A stretch of DNA of 64,000 nucleotides, from positions 64,001-128,000 of the forward strand of contig JBHGAY010000008.1 in assembly GCA_041946735.1 (NCBI GenBank), written 5' to 3'. Made by a program: the position numbers and the translations under genes. The notes under the pieces are model-generated. The model saw nothing but the letters and a program-made list of their open reading frames with translations. It searched no databases and was not told the DNA's origin. Below are positions 53,511 through 62,720 of this stretch, in pieces. How positions within the stretch are numbered: the first letter of the stretch is position 1; each line of letters begins with the position of its first letter. The DNA comes from Candidatus Eiseniibacteriota bacterium (GTDB lineage Bacteria; Eisenbacteria; RBG-16-71-46; CAIMUX01; VGJL01).

Positions 53511-54890
53511 TTACCGCCGCCTCCCTACGCTCCTGCCCTCCGACCTCGTGGGTCGTTCCGCGAGGGATCGTCGCGCTCCAGCAGCCACGGCCGCGGCCGC
53601 TGCAGCCGCCGGAACGGCGCGCAGCGGGCTCCCCGCAGCCCGCCCCAGCCGCTCGAGATCCCCGGCCGCCGCACCCGAATCGACCCGCAACTGTCCCTGG
53701 GCGATCGGGACCGCGATCTTCAGCATCAGGCTGAACGCGAGGAAGCCGAACGCGAAGATACCGGCCGCGACACGAAGCTCCGTGACCGTCGGGGCGTATT
53801 CGTAGATCTCGCCCAGCGCGTCGGGGGTGAGTCCCGGAATGATCAAGCCCATTCCCTTTTCGATGTAGACGCCGGCGTAGGTCGCCAGGCATCCGAGGTT
53901 CAGCGTCCACGGATTGCGCCTCGCCGAGGGGACGATGAACAGCCCAAAGGCGACCAGGTTCAACGCCACCGCCGTCCACGCGTAGGGGACGAGCGTGCGA
54001 TGGTCCCCGAGTCCCTGGTACCAGTACCGCGTGTAGAGCAGGTGCTCCGTGTGGGAGTAATACTCCTTGAACGCCTCGGCCCCGTGCAGAAAGAGGTTCA
54101 GGAACATCGCGTAGGCCATCAGCTCCGCGATCTTCCAGATCGCCTCGTCCTGGATCTCGAACCGCGTGAACCGCCGCAGGAGCTGCAGGACGAAGAGCAG
54201 AATCGCCGGCCCCGAGCAGAACGCCGACGCGAGGAACTGGGGCGCGAGAATCGACGAGTTCCAGTAGGGCCGCGCGGCCAGCCCGTTGTACAGAAACGCG
54301 GTCACCGTGTGGATCCCGACCGCCATCGGGATCGACAGCAGGACCATCGGGACCACGAAGCGTTTGACGTAGGGGCGCCCGGTGAACGCGCGGTAGAGGA
54401 TGTGTGTCACGACCGCCAGGTTCACGAGGAAGTACAAGTTCAGGACGAGGACGTCCCACGCGAGGATCGACCTCGGGAAGTTCAGCCGCCCGAACGGCGG
54501 AAGGAGATGCCAGAACCGGTCGGGGCGCCCGATGTCGACCAGGACGAAGAGCAGGCACATGACGATCGCGCTGACCGCGAGCAGTTCTCCGTATACGACG
54601 ATCTGGCGGATCGGCTTCCAGTCGTACACGTACGCGGGGATCACGAGGATCACCGCCGCGGCCGCGACGCCGACGAGGAACGTGAAGTTGCCGATGTAGA
54701 AGCCCCAGCTCACCTGGTCGCGCATCGCCGTGACGGCGAGCCCGGTCCCGACCTGCCCGGCGAACGCCAGCGCCCCGGACGCGATCAGCCCGGCGAGGAG
54801 GGCGAGCCATCCCCACCAGGCAGCGTTGCCTCGGACGACCGCGCGGACGCTTCCGCCTACGAAACGGGAGAACAATCGCACCTGGATCAC
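53511..54890 (-). CDS. NrfD/PsrC/DsrP-family quinone-interacting membrane subunit
   Basis: WGFYIGNFTFLVG, DIGRPDR, HTVTAFL, EKG...IIPG; about 10 TMs. Confidence 0.9.
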   Translation of the reverse strand: MIQVRLFSRFVGGSVRAVVRGNAAWWGWLALLAGLIASGALAFAGQVGTGLAVTAMRDQVSWGFYIGNFTFLVGVAAAAVILVIPAYVYDWKPIRQIVVYGELLAVSAIVMCLLFVLVDIGRPDRFWHLLPPFGRLNFPRSILAWDVLVLNLYFLVNLAVVTHILYRAFTGRPYVKRFVVPMVLLSIPMAVGIHTVTAFLYNGLAARPYWNSSILAPQFLASAFCSGPAILLFVLQLLRRFTRFEIQDEAIWKIAELMAYAMFLNLFLHGAEAFKEYYSHTEHLLYTRYWYQGLGDHRTLVPYAWTAVALNLVAFGLFIVPSARRNPWTLNLGCLATYAGVYIEKGMGLIIPGLTPDALGEIYEYAPTVTELRVAAGIFAFGFLAFSLMLKIAVPIAQGQLRVDSGAAAGDLERLGRAAGSPLRAVPAAAAAAAVAAGARRSLAERPTRSEGRSVGRRR

Positions 54891-54897
54891 GCCGACC

Positions 54898-55848
54898 TCA
54901 TGTCCCGTAGAAGTAGAAGAACTTCGGGACGGTGTTCAGGTCCTCTTTCAACACGAGCACCCGCTTGTGCTCGATGATGTAGCGGATCTCGCTGTCGGGA
55001 TCGAGAAGGTTGCCGAACTTGCGGGCCCCGACCGGGCAGACTTCCACGCACGCCGGATACCGCCCTGCGCGGGTCCGCTGGATGCAGAACGTGCACTTCT
55101 CGACGACCCCCTTCGGTCGCGGTCGGTTGCCCAGGACGTGCATGTTCGGATTCAGCTCGTCGGAAGGAATCGACGGAGCGGCCCAGTTGAAGTGCCGTGC
55201 GCCATAAGGGCAGGCGGCCATGCAGTACCGGCAGCCGATGCACCAGTCGTAGTCGATCACCACGATGCCGTCCGGCTCCGTCCACGTCGCCCCGGTCGGA
55301 CAGACCTTCGTGCACGGAGGGTTCTCGCACTGCTGGCAGGAGACCGGCACGTAGAACTTGCCCTCCTGGGGGACCTGCTCCGGGTCGTAGTAGGCGTCGG
55401 CCTCGGAGAGATCCACACCCTTCTCCTTGTCCATCTCGAGGACCCGGATCCACTGCACTTGCGGATCGCGAGAAGGGTTGTTCTCCTCGACGCAGGCATA
55501 GACGCAGCGGCGGCACCCGATGCAGCGCGAGATGTCGAGGGCATAGCCAAAGAGGACGCCGCGGGCCGCAGGTGCATCGCTCAGACTCACGTCGGACCGG
55601 CCGTACTGGTTCCTGTAACGCTCCTCCATCTCGTGGATCGCCGAGCGAAGCCGGTCGGGCGGGAAGTCGCGCAGGCGTCGCGGCCCGCAGGAAGTCAGGA
55701 TCCAGACCGCGGCTGCGGAGGCGGCCGAAGCGAGGAGCTTCCTTCGAGTGAGCCCGCCCGAAGCGCACCCTTGCGCGCAGGCCGCCGCGTCGGCGACCTC
55801 CTCCATCTGCCGCCGGCCGTCCGGTCCGACCCCGTCGCATGCGCTCAT
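54898..55848 (-). CDS. Four-cluster 4Fe-4S protein (NrfC/DsrO-like), Tat lipoprotein
   Basis: TRRKLL...LTSC; CIGCRRC...C, CQQCENPPC..VCP, CIGCRYCMAACP, CTFC...CVEVCP. Confidence 0.9.
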   Translation of the reverse strand: MSACDGVGPDGRRQMEEVADAAACAQGCASGGLTRRKLLASAASAAAVWILTSCGPRRLRDFPPDRLRSAIHEMEERYRNQYGRSDVSLSDAPAARGVLFGYALDISRCIGCRRCVYACVEENNPSRDPQVQWIRVLEMDKEKGVDLSEADAYYDPEQVPQEGKFYVPVSCQQCENPPCTKVCPTGATWTEPDGIVVIDYDWCIGCRYCMAACPYGARHFNWAAPSIPSDELNPNMHVLGNRPRPKGVVEKCTFCIQRTRAGRYPACVEVCPVGARKFGNLLDPDSEIRYIIEHKRVLVLKEDLNTVPKFFYFYGT

Positions 55849-56504
55849 CGTGATTCTCCTGGGTCCTGCGTAACGGGCGCCTTGCTCAGCCCCTGGGGTC
55901 GTTGTGGGGGCAGGGGAGGCGGTTTCGGCGCGAGCGGCCGGAATCGCGGCTGGTGGGGATTGTGGCAGTGCGCGCAGAGAAGGTACTGCTTGTGGCCATC
56001 CCACTGGCCGCTGCGGCGTCCGTGCACTCCCGCCTTCCAGTCCCGCAGCTTCTCCCCGTGGCACTGCCCGCAGAGTCGGTAGGACTCCTCGAAGGAGATC
56101 CGCTCGCCGCTCGCGAGATGAAGGGAGTCGCGCTGGGCCGGGTCGTGGCAATCGAGGCACCAGCGATGCTCCTCGTCGTGTGCGAGGACGATGTCGGGAT
56201 GGGAGTCGGCCAGCTCGCGGCGAGTCGGGTTGGGCTCCATCCACGCGTGACAGTTCGAGCATGGGAAGATCCCATCGCTGAAGGGGGGCGGAGGCACCTC
56301 CACGCGCTCCTCGATCCCCTTCGCCCTGTCGCCGGCGGACGGAGACTCGGAAACCGTGGCCCGGGCCGGCGGCGTCGCGTTGGCCGCAAGCGCCCGTGAC
56401 GAGGGCGCGGGGGTCTGTGCGGCGCGCACCGCGGCCACCAGGACGAGGACCAAGAGCCCGATCCCGAGAACGACTACGAGCCGGCCGACTCGCTCCCTGC
56501 GCAT
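55845..56504 (-). CDS. Tetraheme cytochrome c
   Basis: CSNCH, CLDCH, CGQCH, CAHCH; N-terminal signal/TM; GGAGG RBS. Confidence 0.88.
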   Translation of the reverse strand: MRRERVGRLVVVLGIGLLVLVLVAAVRAAQTPAPSSRALAANATPPARATVSESPSAGDRAKGIEERVEVPPPPFSDGIFPCSNCHAWMEPNPTRRELADSHPDIVLAHDEEHRWCLDCHDPAQRDSLHLASGERISFEESYRLCGQCHGEKLRDWKAGVHGRRSGQWDGHKQYLLCAHCHNPHQPRFRPLAPKPPPLPPQRPQGLSKAPVTQDPGESR

Positions 56505-56563
56505 TCGATTTCGCCCTCCCTCCGTCCCTGCTTGCTTCGCTCCCGGCCGCGCTTCTCCGTTGC

Positions 56564-57034
56564 TCAGGAGAAGCGGACCTCGACCGCGCGCTGCATCTCT
56601 CGCGCCCACATCGCCTGGAAGATCCCGAGGCGGCGGCCGATGACCCCGGCCAGGTTGTGGGTGACGCGCAGGCCGACGCCCGGGCGCGCCGCGAAGTGCT
56701 CGAGCATCTCGTCGCGCGGGAAGATCAAGACCTCGCTTTCGGATTTCGCCGTCGCCTTCAGCGTGAATCGGTAGGGAGGAACGAGCCCGGACCAGCCGAC
56801 CGTCTCCCCTGCGAGGCGCTCTTCGACGAGAATGTCTTCCTCCTCTCCGCGGACCTGGATCGGCAAGGTCAGCGCGATCCGGCCGCGCGTGAGGAGGTAG
56901 ACCCGGTCGGCTGGATCGCCCAACCGGAAGAGGACCGTGCCGGCGGGGGCAGGGGCCCGAGACCCGAGGGCGAGGACCTCCTCCGTTTCCCGCGGCGTGA
57001 GGCCGTTCAGCAGATCGGTCTGCGGATGAGGCAT
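56564..57034 (-). CDS. Stand-alone cyclic-nucleotide-binding (Crp-like effector) domain protein without HTH
   Basis: LFRLGDPADRVYLLTRG, GETVGWSGLV, TATA. Confidence 0.82.
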   Translation of the reverse strand: MPHPQTDLLNGLTPRETEEVLALGSRAPAPAGTVLFRLGDPADRVYLLTRGRIALTLPIQVRGEEEDILVEERLAGETVGWSGLVPPYRFTLKATAKSESEVLIFPRDEMLEHFAARPGVGLRVTHNLAGVIGRRLGIFQAMWAREMQRAVEVRFS

Positions 57035-57050
57035 CGTGCTACCCCTTTCC

Positions 57051-57386
57051 TCACTGGAGAAGCGGCGAGGCGGTCGGCGAGTGCAGCCTCTCGCTCGTCG
57101 GAACGGCGAGGAAGGCCTCGGCGGCTGCCTGCTCGCACCGGACATGGCTCTCGATCTGGCTGAGAAGGACCTCGATCGGGAACCGGGAGGGCCGCGGGCG
57201 AGCTGCGACTAGCTGGCTGGCGAAGAACCGGGACGATCCGAACGCATCGAGCGTATCGGCCGTTTCAGCGGCTGCTGGGGCCTCGCGTTCGGCAGGGACT
57301 GAAGACCTTCCGACCCTAACGAAGAGGATCGATGTGAGCACCGTGATCGCGACACTCAGGCAGACGAGCACCAGAAACACCATCAT
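57051..57386 (-). CDS. Small single-TM hypothetical protein, first gene of the respiratory operon
   Basis: AAGGGGGAG RBS; N-terminal hydrophobic helix; follows the sigma54 promoter. Confidence 0.65.
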   Translation of the reverse strand: MMVFLVLVCLSVAITVLTSILFVRVGRSSVPAEREAPAAAETADTLDAFGSSRFFASQLVAARPRPSRFPIEVLLSQIESHVRCEQAAAEAFLAVPTSERLHSPTASPLLQ

Positions 57387-57453
57387 CGAAGCTCCCCCTT
57401 GTCCGTGGCTGCCCCCGTCGGAGCGCGAGAGACCGCATGTCGTCCTCGGCCCC

Positions 57454-57470
57454 AGCAAGTACGGGGCCAG
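57454..57470 (-). promoter_or_regulatory. Sigma54 (-24/-12) promoter
   Basis: Minus strand CTGGCCCCGTACTTGCT = TGGC-N7-TTGC (GG-N10-GC); adjacent GAFTGA activator. Confidence 0.75.
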
Positions 57471-57625
57471 CGCCGCTTCGCTTCCGATCGAGTGGAAGGT
57501 GGGGGGCGAGCGTGCCGCCGCGCGGGACAGGGAAGTGGCGGTCCTCTCGCGATTGAGGAGGGGCGCGAGAAGCCGGACGGCGAGGGGGCCGGTCCGCGCG
57601 CGCAGTAGCGATTCCGTCCATCGCC

Positions 57626-57643
57626 TTGTGCATTCCTGCACAA
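57626..57643. promoter_or_regulatory. Palindromic operator TTGTGCA-N4-TGCACAA (Rex-box-like)
   Basis: Perfect 7-bp inverted repeat with 4-bp spacer; Rex consensus is TTGTGAA-N4-TTCACAA. Confidence 0.55.
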
Positions 57644-57646
57644 AGC

Positions 57647-57679
57647 TGACAATCTGTCACCGTCTCTGACAATCCGTCA
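57647..57679. promoter_or_regulatory. Tandem palindromes TGACA-ATC-(T/C)GTCA, putative bEBP upstream activating sequences
   Basis: Copies at 57647-57659 and 57667-57679, 20 bp apart, about 180-210 bp upstream of the sigma54 promoter. Confidence 0.65.
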
Positions 57680-57804
57680 CGACGTCGCCCGAACCCCCCG
57701 CCCCGTTCCACCTCCTCACCCGCCGACACTTTCACGCGAGCGATAGCTCGAACGTTGACGATCGGCTCTCCGTGCTTCACCATCGGTGACGCAAGAAGGT
57801 GCCG

Positions 57805-59805
57805 ATGAGACTTCGCCTGACGGACATGACGGTCGCGCTGGCCCTCGGCACAACCGCGGCCGTCATGATCGCGTGCGGCCTGGGCGCCTGGATTTACTCC
57901 CGACATCATTATCGAGACCTCCTCGAGACCGCGCGCAGCAGCGCGCGCTCCCAGAGCGAGATGATTCGCACGGCGCTCGAGCACCAGATGATGGAGAACG
58001 ATCGAAGCCTCATCGAGCCGCTGATCCAGAGCTTCCGCGGCGAGCCGGGAATCGAGGCGGTCGCGCTTCTCGATCGCGAGGGCCGGGCGCGCTACTCGAG
58101 CGTGCCGCTCGACCCGGGCAACGATCTGACGATCGGATCGCCCACGTGCCAGGCGTGCCATCGCTTCCCGCCCGAGCAGCGGCAGTCGAGCCGGGTGATC
58201 GAGGCCCGCGGCGGGACGGTGTTACGCACCGTTCTTCCGATACGGAACCAGCCGCGATGCCACGGATGCCACGATCCGGCGCAAAAGAGCAACGGCATCC
58301 TGATCGTCGATGCGGACGCCGGCGCGATGCGCGCTTCGCTCGACCGGGATCTGCGGTGGCTGACGATCACCAGCGGGGCGTTGATGTTCCTCTTGGTCGT
58401 CGGGATCGGCGTCGTCGTCCGGCTCGTCGTGATGCGCCGCCTGCAGCGTTTCGAGACCACCGCGCGCCGGATCGCGGCTGGCGACCTTGATCGGCGCGTC
58501 CCGGCGACCGGCTCGGACACCATCGACTGGCTCGCCCGCGAGTTCAACTCGATGGCCGACTCGATGAGCGGATTGATCGGCCAGGTGCGCGACCAGAGGG
58601 AGCGCCTCGAGCGTGTGATCAACAGCATCGACGACGGGATCGTCGTCCTCGACCGGGATCGAAAGGTGATCGCGGCCAACGATGCATTCCTCCGGCGCAC
58701 CGGGCACGATCGAGAAGAGATCGTGGGGTCCTGCTGCCGGAACGTCGCGGCGGGTGTGTGCGATGCGAGGGATTGCCCCACCCTCGCATGCCTCGCGAGG
58801 GGGGAGCGCTCGGTCCGAATTTGCGAGCGGCGGTCGAAGCAGGGCGAGGTCGCGTGGGAGGAGGTGCACTCCTCGCCGATACGCGGCCCGTCCGGAAACG
58901 TCCTGCAGGTCGTGGAGGTGTGGCGCGACATATCCGACCGGCGGGCGGCCGAGGCGCGCCTGGCCGAGTCGCACCGCCTCGCCTCGCTGGGGCTCCTCGC
59001 GTCGGGCTTCTCGCACGAAATGAACACGCCGCTCGCGACCGTGCTCGCCTGCGTCGAGGGGATTCTCCGCTCCGTCGAGTCGAACGAAGGGGGCGCGCCC
59101 GCGGGAGCCGCCGGCAACGGCGGAGAAGGAATTCGAGCCGGCGCCGCGACCGGCGGCATCGACTCCGAAGGCATCGTCGAGAACGCGCGGACGGCGCGCG
59201 CCCAGCTCTTGCGCTGCCGGGACATCACCCGGCATTTCCTCCATCTGTCCCGCGGACGACCCTCCGAAGCCTACTTCGTCGACGTCGATGCCGCGATCGG
59301 CTCGGTCGTTCCCCTGATCGCCCCGGCAGCGCGCGAGCATCGTGTCGACATCCGCGTGGAGGAGACCGCCGGGAACGCGCGCGTGCGCGTCGACGACGCC
59401 GCGCTCCAGCAGGTCCTTCTGAACCTGCTGCTCAACGCCGTGCAAGCCTCCCCTCAGGGCGGCGAGGTGCGGGTGCGTGTCGTGCGGGGGGATCCGGTCC
59501 GCATTCGTATCGCGGACGACGGTTGCGGAATCGCTCGCGAAGACCAGAAGCGAATCTTCGAGCCGTTCTGCAGCCTGCGTCGTGGCGGGACAGGCCTCGG
59601 CCTCTTCCTGTCCCTCAACTTCGCGCGCGGCTGGGGGGGAGACATTCGCGTAGAGAGCGACCTCGGCCGTGGATCGGTTTTCGAGATCCTCATTCCTGAA
59701 GCGGCCCCGGCATCGCCATTAGCAGTGGCCCCGGCATCGTCACCGGCAGCGGAAAGGCTTTCGAACGTGGCTCCCGGCCATGCCGCGGTGAAAGAGACCC
59801 CATGA
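57805..59805 (+). CDS. Sensor histidine kinase with periplasmic two-heme c domain, HAMP and Cys-rich PAS
   Basis: CQACH and CHGCH between two TMs; HAMP (D.IDWLAREFNSM); PAS; H-box SHEMNTPL; N, G1, F, G2 boxes. Confidence 0.9.
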   Translation: MRLRLTDMTVALALGTTAAVMIACGLGAWIYSRHHYRDLLETARSSARSQSEMIRTALEHQMMENDRSLIEPLIQSFRGEPGIEAVALLDREGRARYSSVPLDPGNDLTIGSPTCQACHRFPPEQRQSSRVIEARGGTVLRTVLPIRNQPRCHGCHDPAQKSNGILIVDADAGAMRASLDRDLRWLTITSGALMFLLVVGIGVVVRLVVMRRLQRFETTARRIAAGDLDRRVPATGSDTIDWLAREFNSMADSMSGLIGQVRDQRERLERVINSIDDGIVVLDRDRKVIAANDAFLRRTGHDREEIVGSCCRNVAAGVCDARDCPTLACLARGERSVRICERRSKQGEVAWEEVHSSPIRGPSGNVLQVVEVWRDISDRRAAEARLAESHRLASLGLLASGFSHEMNTPLATVLACVEGILRSVESNEGGAPAGAAGNGGEGIRAGAATGGIDSEGIVENARTARAQLLRCRDITRHFLHLSRGRPSEAYFVDVDAAIGSVVPLIAPAAREHRVDIRVEETAGNARVRVDDAALQQVLLNLLLNAVQASPQGGEVRVRVVRGDPVRIRIADDGCGIAREDQKRIFEPFCSLRRGGTGLGLFLSLNFARGWGGDIRVESDLGRGSVFEILIPEAAPASPLAVAPASSPAAERLSNVAPGHAAVKETP

Positions 59806-61169
59806 AGACCGCCGTCTCGCTGCTCGTCATCGACGACGACGAGACATTCGGCCGCGTCCTGGCGAGGGAGCTGGAGCGGCGAGGCTTCGAGGTCGCGACG
59901 GCGATCTCGGGAGGCGACGGTATCGCTCGGGCGATACAGGTCGAGCCGGCCGTGGTCCTCCTCGACCTGCGGCTTCCCGATATGGACGGGCTCGAGGTGC
60001 TTCAGGCGCTGCGCGAGCGATGTCCGGGGACGGAGGTCATCCTGCTCACGGGGCATGGATCGATCGACACGGCGATCGCCTCGGTCCGCGCCGGGGCCTT
60101 CGACTACGCGGTCAAGCCGTGCCCCCTCGATGAACTGGAGGTGCGGATCCAGAAGGCGCTCGAGCGGCAGTTCCTCAGCCGGCGCGCGCGTCTCCTGGAG
60201 CGCGGGCTCACCCCGCCCGACCCGGCCGGCTCGTTCCGCGGCGAGAGCGATGCCTTTCGCGATCTGATTCGCCGCATCGAGCGCGTGGCGGCCAGCGACT
60301 CCACGGTCCTTTTGGTCGGGGAGACCGGTTCCGGAAAGGAGATGGCCGCCAAGCTGCTGCACGCCCGCAGCCCGCGCGCCGCCAGGCCGTTCGTCGTCGT
60401 CGACTGCGCGGGGCTGCAGGAAGGGCTTCTCCAGAGCGAGCTGTTCGGCCACGAGCGCGGCGCGTTCACGGGAGCCGATCGCGCGAAGCCCGGCCTCTTC
60501 GAGGTCGCCCACGGCGGCACGATCTTCTTGGACGAGATCGGCGAGGTGAGCCATGCGACGCAGGTGAAGTTGCTGCGTGTCCTCGACACCGCAACGTTCC
60601 GCCATGTCGGAGGGACGAAGGAGATCCAGGTCGACGTGCGGATCCTCGCGGCCACGAACCGCGACCTCGTGGAGATGGTCGCGGACGGCCGTTTCCGCGA
60701 GGACCTCTACTACCGTCTCAGCACGATCACGATCGATCTGCCGCCGTTGAGAGAGAGGCGGGTCGATATCGATCTGCTCGCCGAACATTTCGTTTCGCTG
60801 CTGAACGATCGATACGGGACGGTGAGACGCATCGGAGCCGCCACGCTCGAGACGCTTCGCCGCTACGACTGGCCCGGCAACGTGCGCGAGCTGCTCCACG
60901 TCATCGAGTCGTCGATGATCGTCTGCGAAGGATCGGAGATCCTGCCGGAACACCTACCGGCTTCGCTGCGCCGGCTCGCGGCGCCGCCGGGACCTGCGCC
61001 GCGAGGGCCGGAGCGCGACCATCTTCCCACACTGAAGGAGATGGAGCGCGCGCACATCGAGCGCGCGCTCGGAGCTTCGGCCGGCCACCGGGGGAATGCC
61101 GCCCGCGCGCTCGGAATCAGCGAACGCAACCTCTATCGGAAGCTTCGCGAGTACGGCCTGATGGAGTAG
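59802..61169 (+). CDS. Sigma54-dependent response regulator (NtrC family)
   Basis: REC (DDD, DLRLPDMDG), GETGSGKE, GAFTGA, WPGNVREL, Fis-type HTH. Confidence 0.95.
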   Translation: MKTAVSLLVIDDDETFGRVLARELERRGFEVATAISGGDGIARAIQVEPAVVLLDLRLPDMDGLEVLQALRERCPGTEVILLTGHGSIDTAIASVRAGAFDYAVKPCPLDELEVRIQKALERQFLSRRARLLERGLTPPDPAGSFRGESDAFRDLIRRIERVAASDSTVLLVGETGSGKEMAAKLLHARSPRAARPFVVVDCAGLQEGLLQSELFGHERGAFTGADRAKPGLFEVAHGGTIFLDEIGEVSHATQVKLLRVLDTATFRHVGGTKEIQVDVRILAATNRDLVEMVADGRFREDLYYRLSTITIDLPPLRERRVDIDLLAEHFVSLLNDRYGTVRRIGAATLETLRRYDWPGNVRELLHVIESSMIVCEGSEILPEHLPASLRRLAAPPGPAPRGPERDHLPTLKEMERAHIERALGASAGHRGNAARALGISERNLYRKLREYGLME

Positions 61170-61559
61170 CAGCTGTGTGTCGCCGCGCCCCTCGACCCGC
61201 CGACGCTCGCCGGGGCAAGCCGGATAGGAGTGACGCCTCGTCAGCCTAACCACTCGCCGGGGAATATGTTGCCGGAAGGCGGGAGCGCGTGCGGAAGCGG
61301 GCGCATCGGGACGGCGCTGCGCCGGGACACGGCGTGCCGGATCCGCCGCGGCGCCCGGATTTCGAAGCCGGGCCAGAGGTTGCACCTTCCGAGCGTGGAT
61401 GAACGCGCTATACTTTGTGGCGCAGCAGCCATGAGTGGCTGTTCTGTCGCTCCCTGGCCCGAGCCTCTGGCTTGCTGTCTCCGTCGAGGCGCGGGTCGAG
61501 AATGGAACGACCGCGAGCAAGCGTTTCAGCGACCGGGACTTCACGAAGGAGGTGCGCTT

Positions 61560-62561
61560 GTGGTGTTGGTAAGGCGATTCGCGGTTCTCGGACTCTTCAT
61601 CATGCTCGCGGCTGTCGCAATTGTTTCGACCGCGAGCGCTCAGCTCGATGGGCGCACGAACGAGACCGGAGGAGATCGTGACGTCTCCGGCCAGACGGTA
61701 CGCACCCATCTGTATGGGACCCCCGGCAACTGCCTCCGTGTCGTGACGGCGGGTGTGCAAACGCGCAATGCGGACCCGGCGCCTCCCACGGCAGGCGGCT
61801 CGATCGTCCTTCCTGCTGGGCCGGAGGCGGGGAATGTCGTTTGGGCCGGACTCTACTGGGAGATCCTTGGCAGTACGGCTCCGGTCAACGCCGTGACGCT
61901 GAACGGGTCGGCCGTGACTCCCGTCGCTCTCCCCGTCACCGCCTCGCCGTGCTGGCCCGAGGCCAACGCCTATCCGTTCTTCGCCGATGTGACAGGGCTC
62001 GTCGTCGCCGGCGTCAACGTCGTCGCCGGGCTCGATGACAGCGGAACGCTGGCTGTCGGTCCCGAGAGCGAGGGAGCATCCCTGGTCGTCGTGTATCAGG
62101 GGGACCAGACGAGCGGCAGCGCGTGCGAGATCATCGTGACCGACGGAAACGATCTGACCCGTCTGAGCGGGCAATCGTACGAGAACCTGCTTCCGGTCTC
62201 GTGCGGAGATGACGTCGCGGCGACGTTGACGTTCCTCGGCGCCGACGGCCAGACCGGAATCCACGGGTTCGCGCCGGACGATCAGCTCTGGAACCACGTG
62301 GTTCTCTCGGGCAGTCAGGACGACTGGAATGCCAGCGATCCGGACGCTCCGGGCGCCGAGGCCGAGCTGGGCTGGGACACCGACTCCTGGGCCGTCACGA
62401 CGGGCGGGTCGAACGTCGCGGCGATCGACATCCCGCTCCTCGGCGGGCCGGGCGACTGCGTGAACTGGATTGCCACCGTGCTCGAGGTGGGTGTCGGCGA
62501 GTGCCTGCCGACGCCGACGCGGAGCAGCACGTGGGGTGAGATCAAGGCGATCTATCGCTAG
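61560..62561 (+). CDS. Secreted hypothetical protein ending in TWGEIKAIYR
   Basis: AAGGAGG RBS before GTG; signal peptide ASA-Q; WAGLYW and EGASLVVVY motifs reminiscent of DUF3344-like domains. Confidence 0.72.
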   Translation: MVLVRRFAVLGLFIMLAAVAIVSTASAQLDGRTNETGGDRDVSGQTVRTHLYGTPGNCLRVVTAGVQTRNADPAPPTAGGSIVLPAGPEAGNVVWAGLYWEILGSTAPVNAVTLNGSAVTPVALPVTASPCWPEANAYPFFADVTGLVVAGVNVVAGLDDSGTLAVGPESEGASLVVVYQGDQTSGSACEIIVTDGNDLTRLSGQSYENLLPVSCGDDVAATLTFLGADGQTGIHGFAPDDQLWNHVVLSGSQDDWNASDPDAPGAEAELGWDTDSWAVTTGGSNVAAIDIPLLGGPGDCVNWIATVLEVGVGECLPTPTRSSTWGEIKAIYR

Positions 62562-62614
62562 ACACGAGACGAGCGCGCCGATCCCTGCCGGCAGGCGAGA
62601 GACCGGCTCCTCGC

Positions 62615-62665
62615 GATAGAGAAGAAGATCCTCCAGGTTTCCGGCCTGGAGGATCCTTCTCTATC
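62615..62665. terminator. Long hairpin between convergent genes, probable terminator
   Basis: GATAGAGAAG-aa-GATCCTCCAGG...CCTGGAGGATC-CTTCTCTATC. Confidence 0.65.
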
Positions 62666-62720
62666 ACGGCGTTTCGCGCATGCGGCCGGGTCCGCCGCTT
62701 GCGCACCAAGCCCCGGTCGG

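Noticed and set aside
53511..56504. Calling the module nrfABCD, dsrMKJOP or alternative complex III
   Set aside because: No NrfA (CxxCK), DsrM/K or ActB/D/E/F genes are adjacent, so no gene symbols were assigned.
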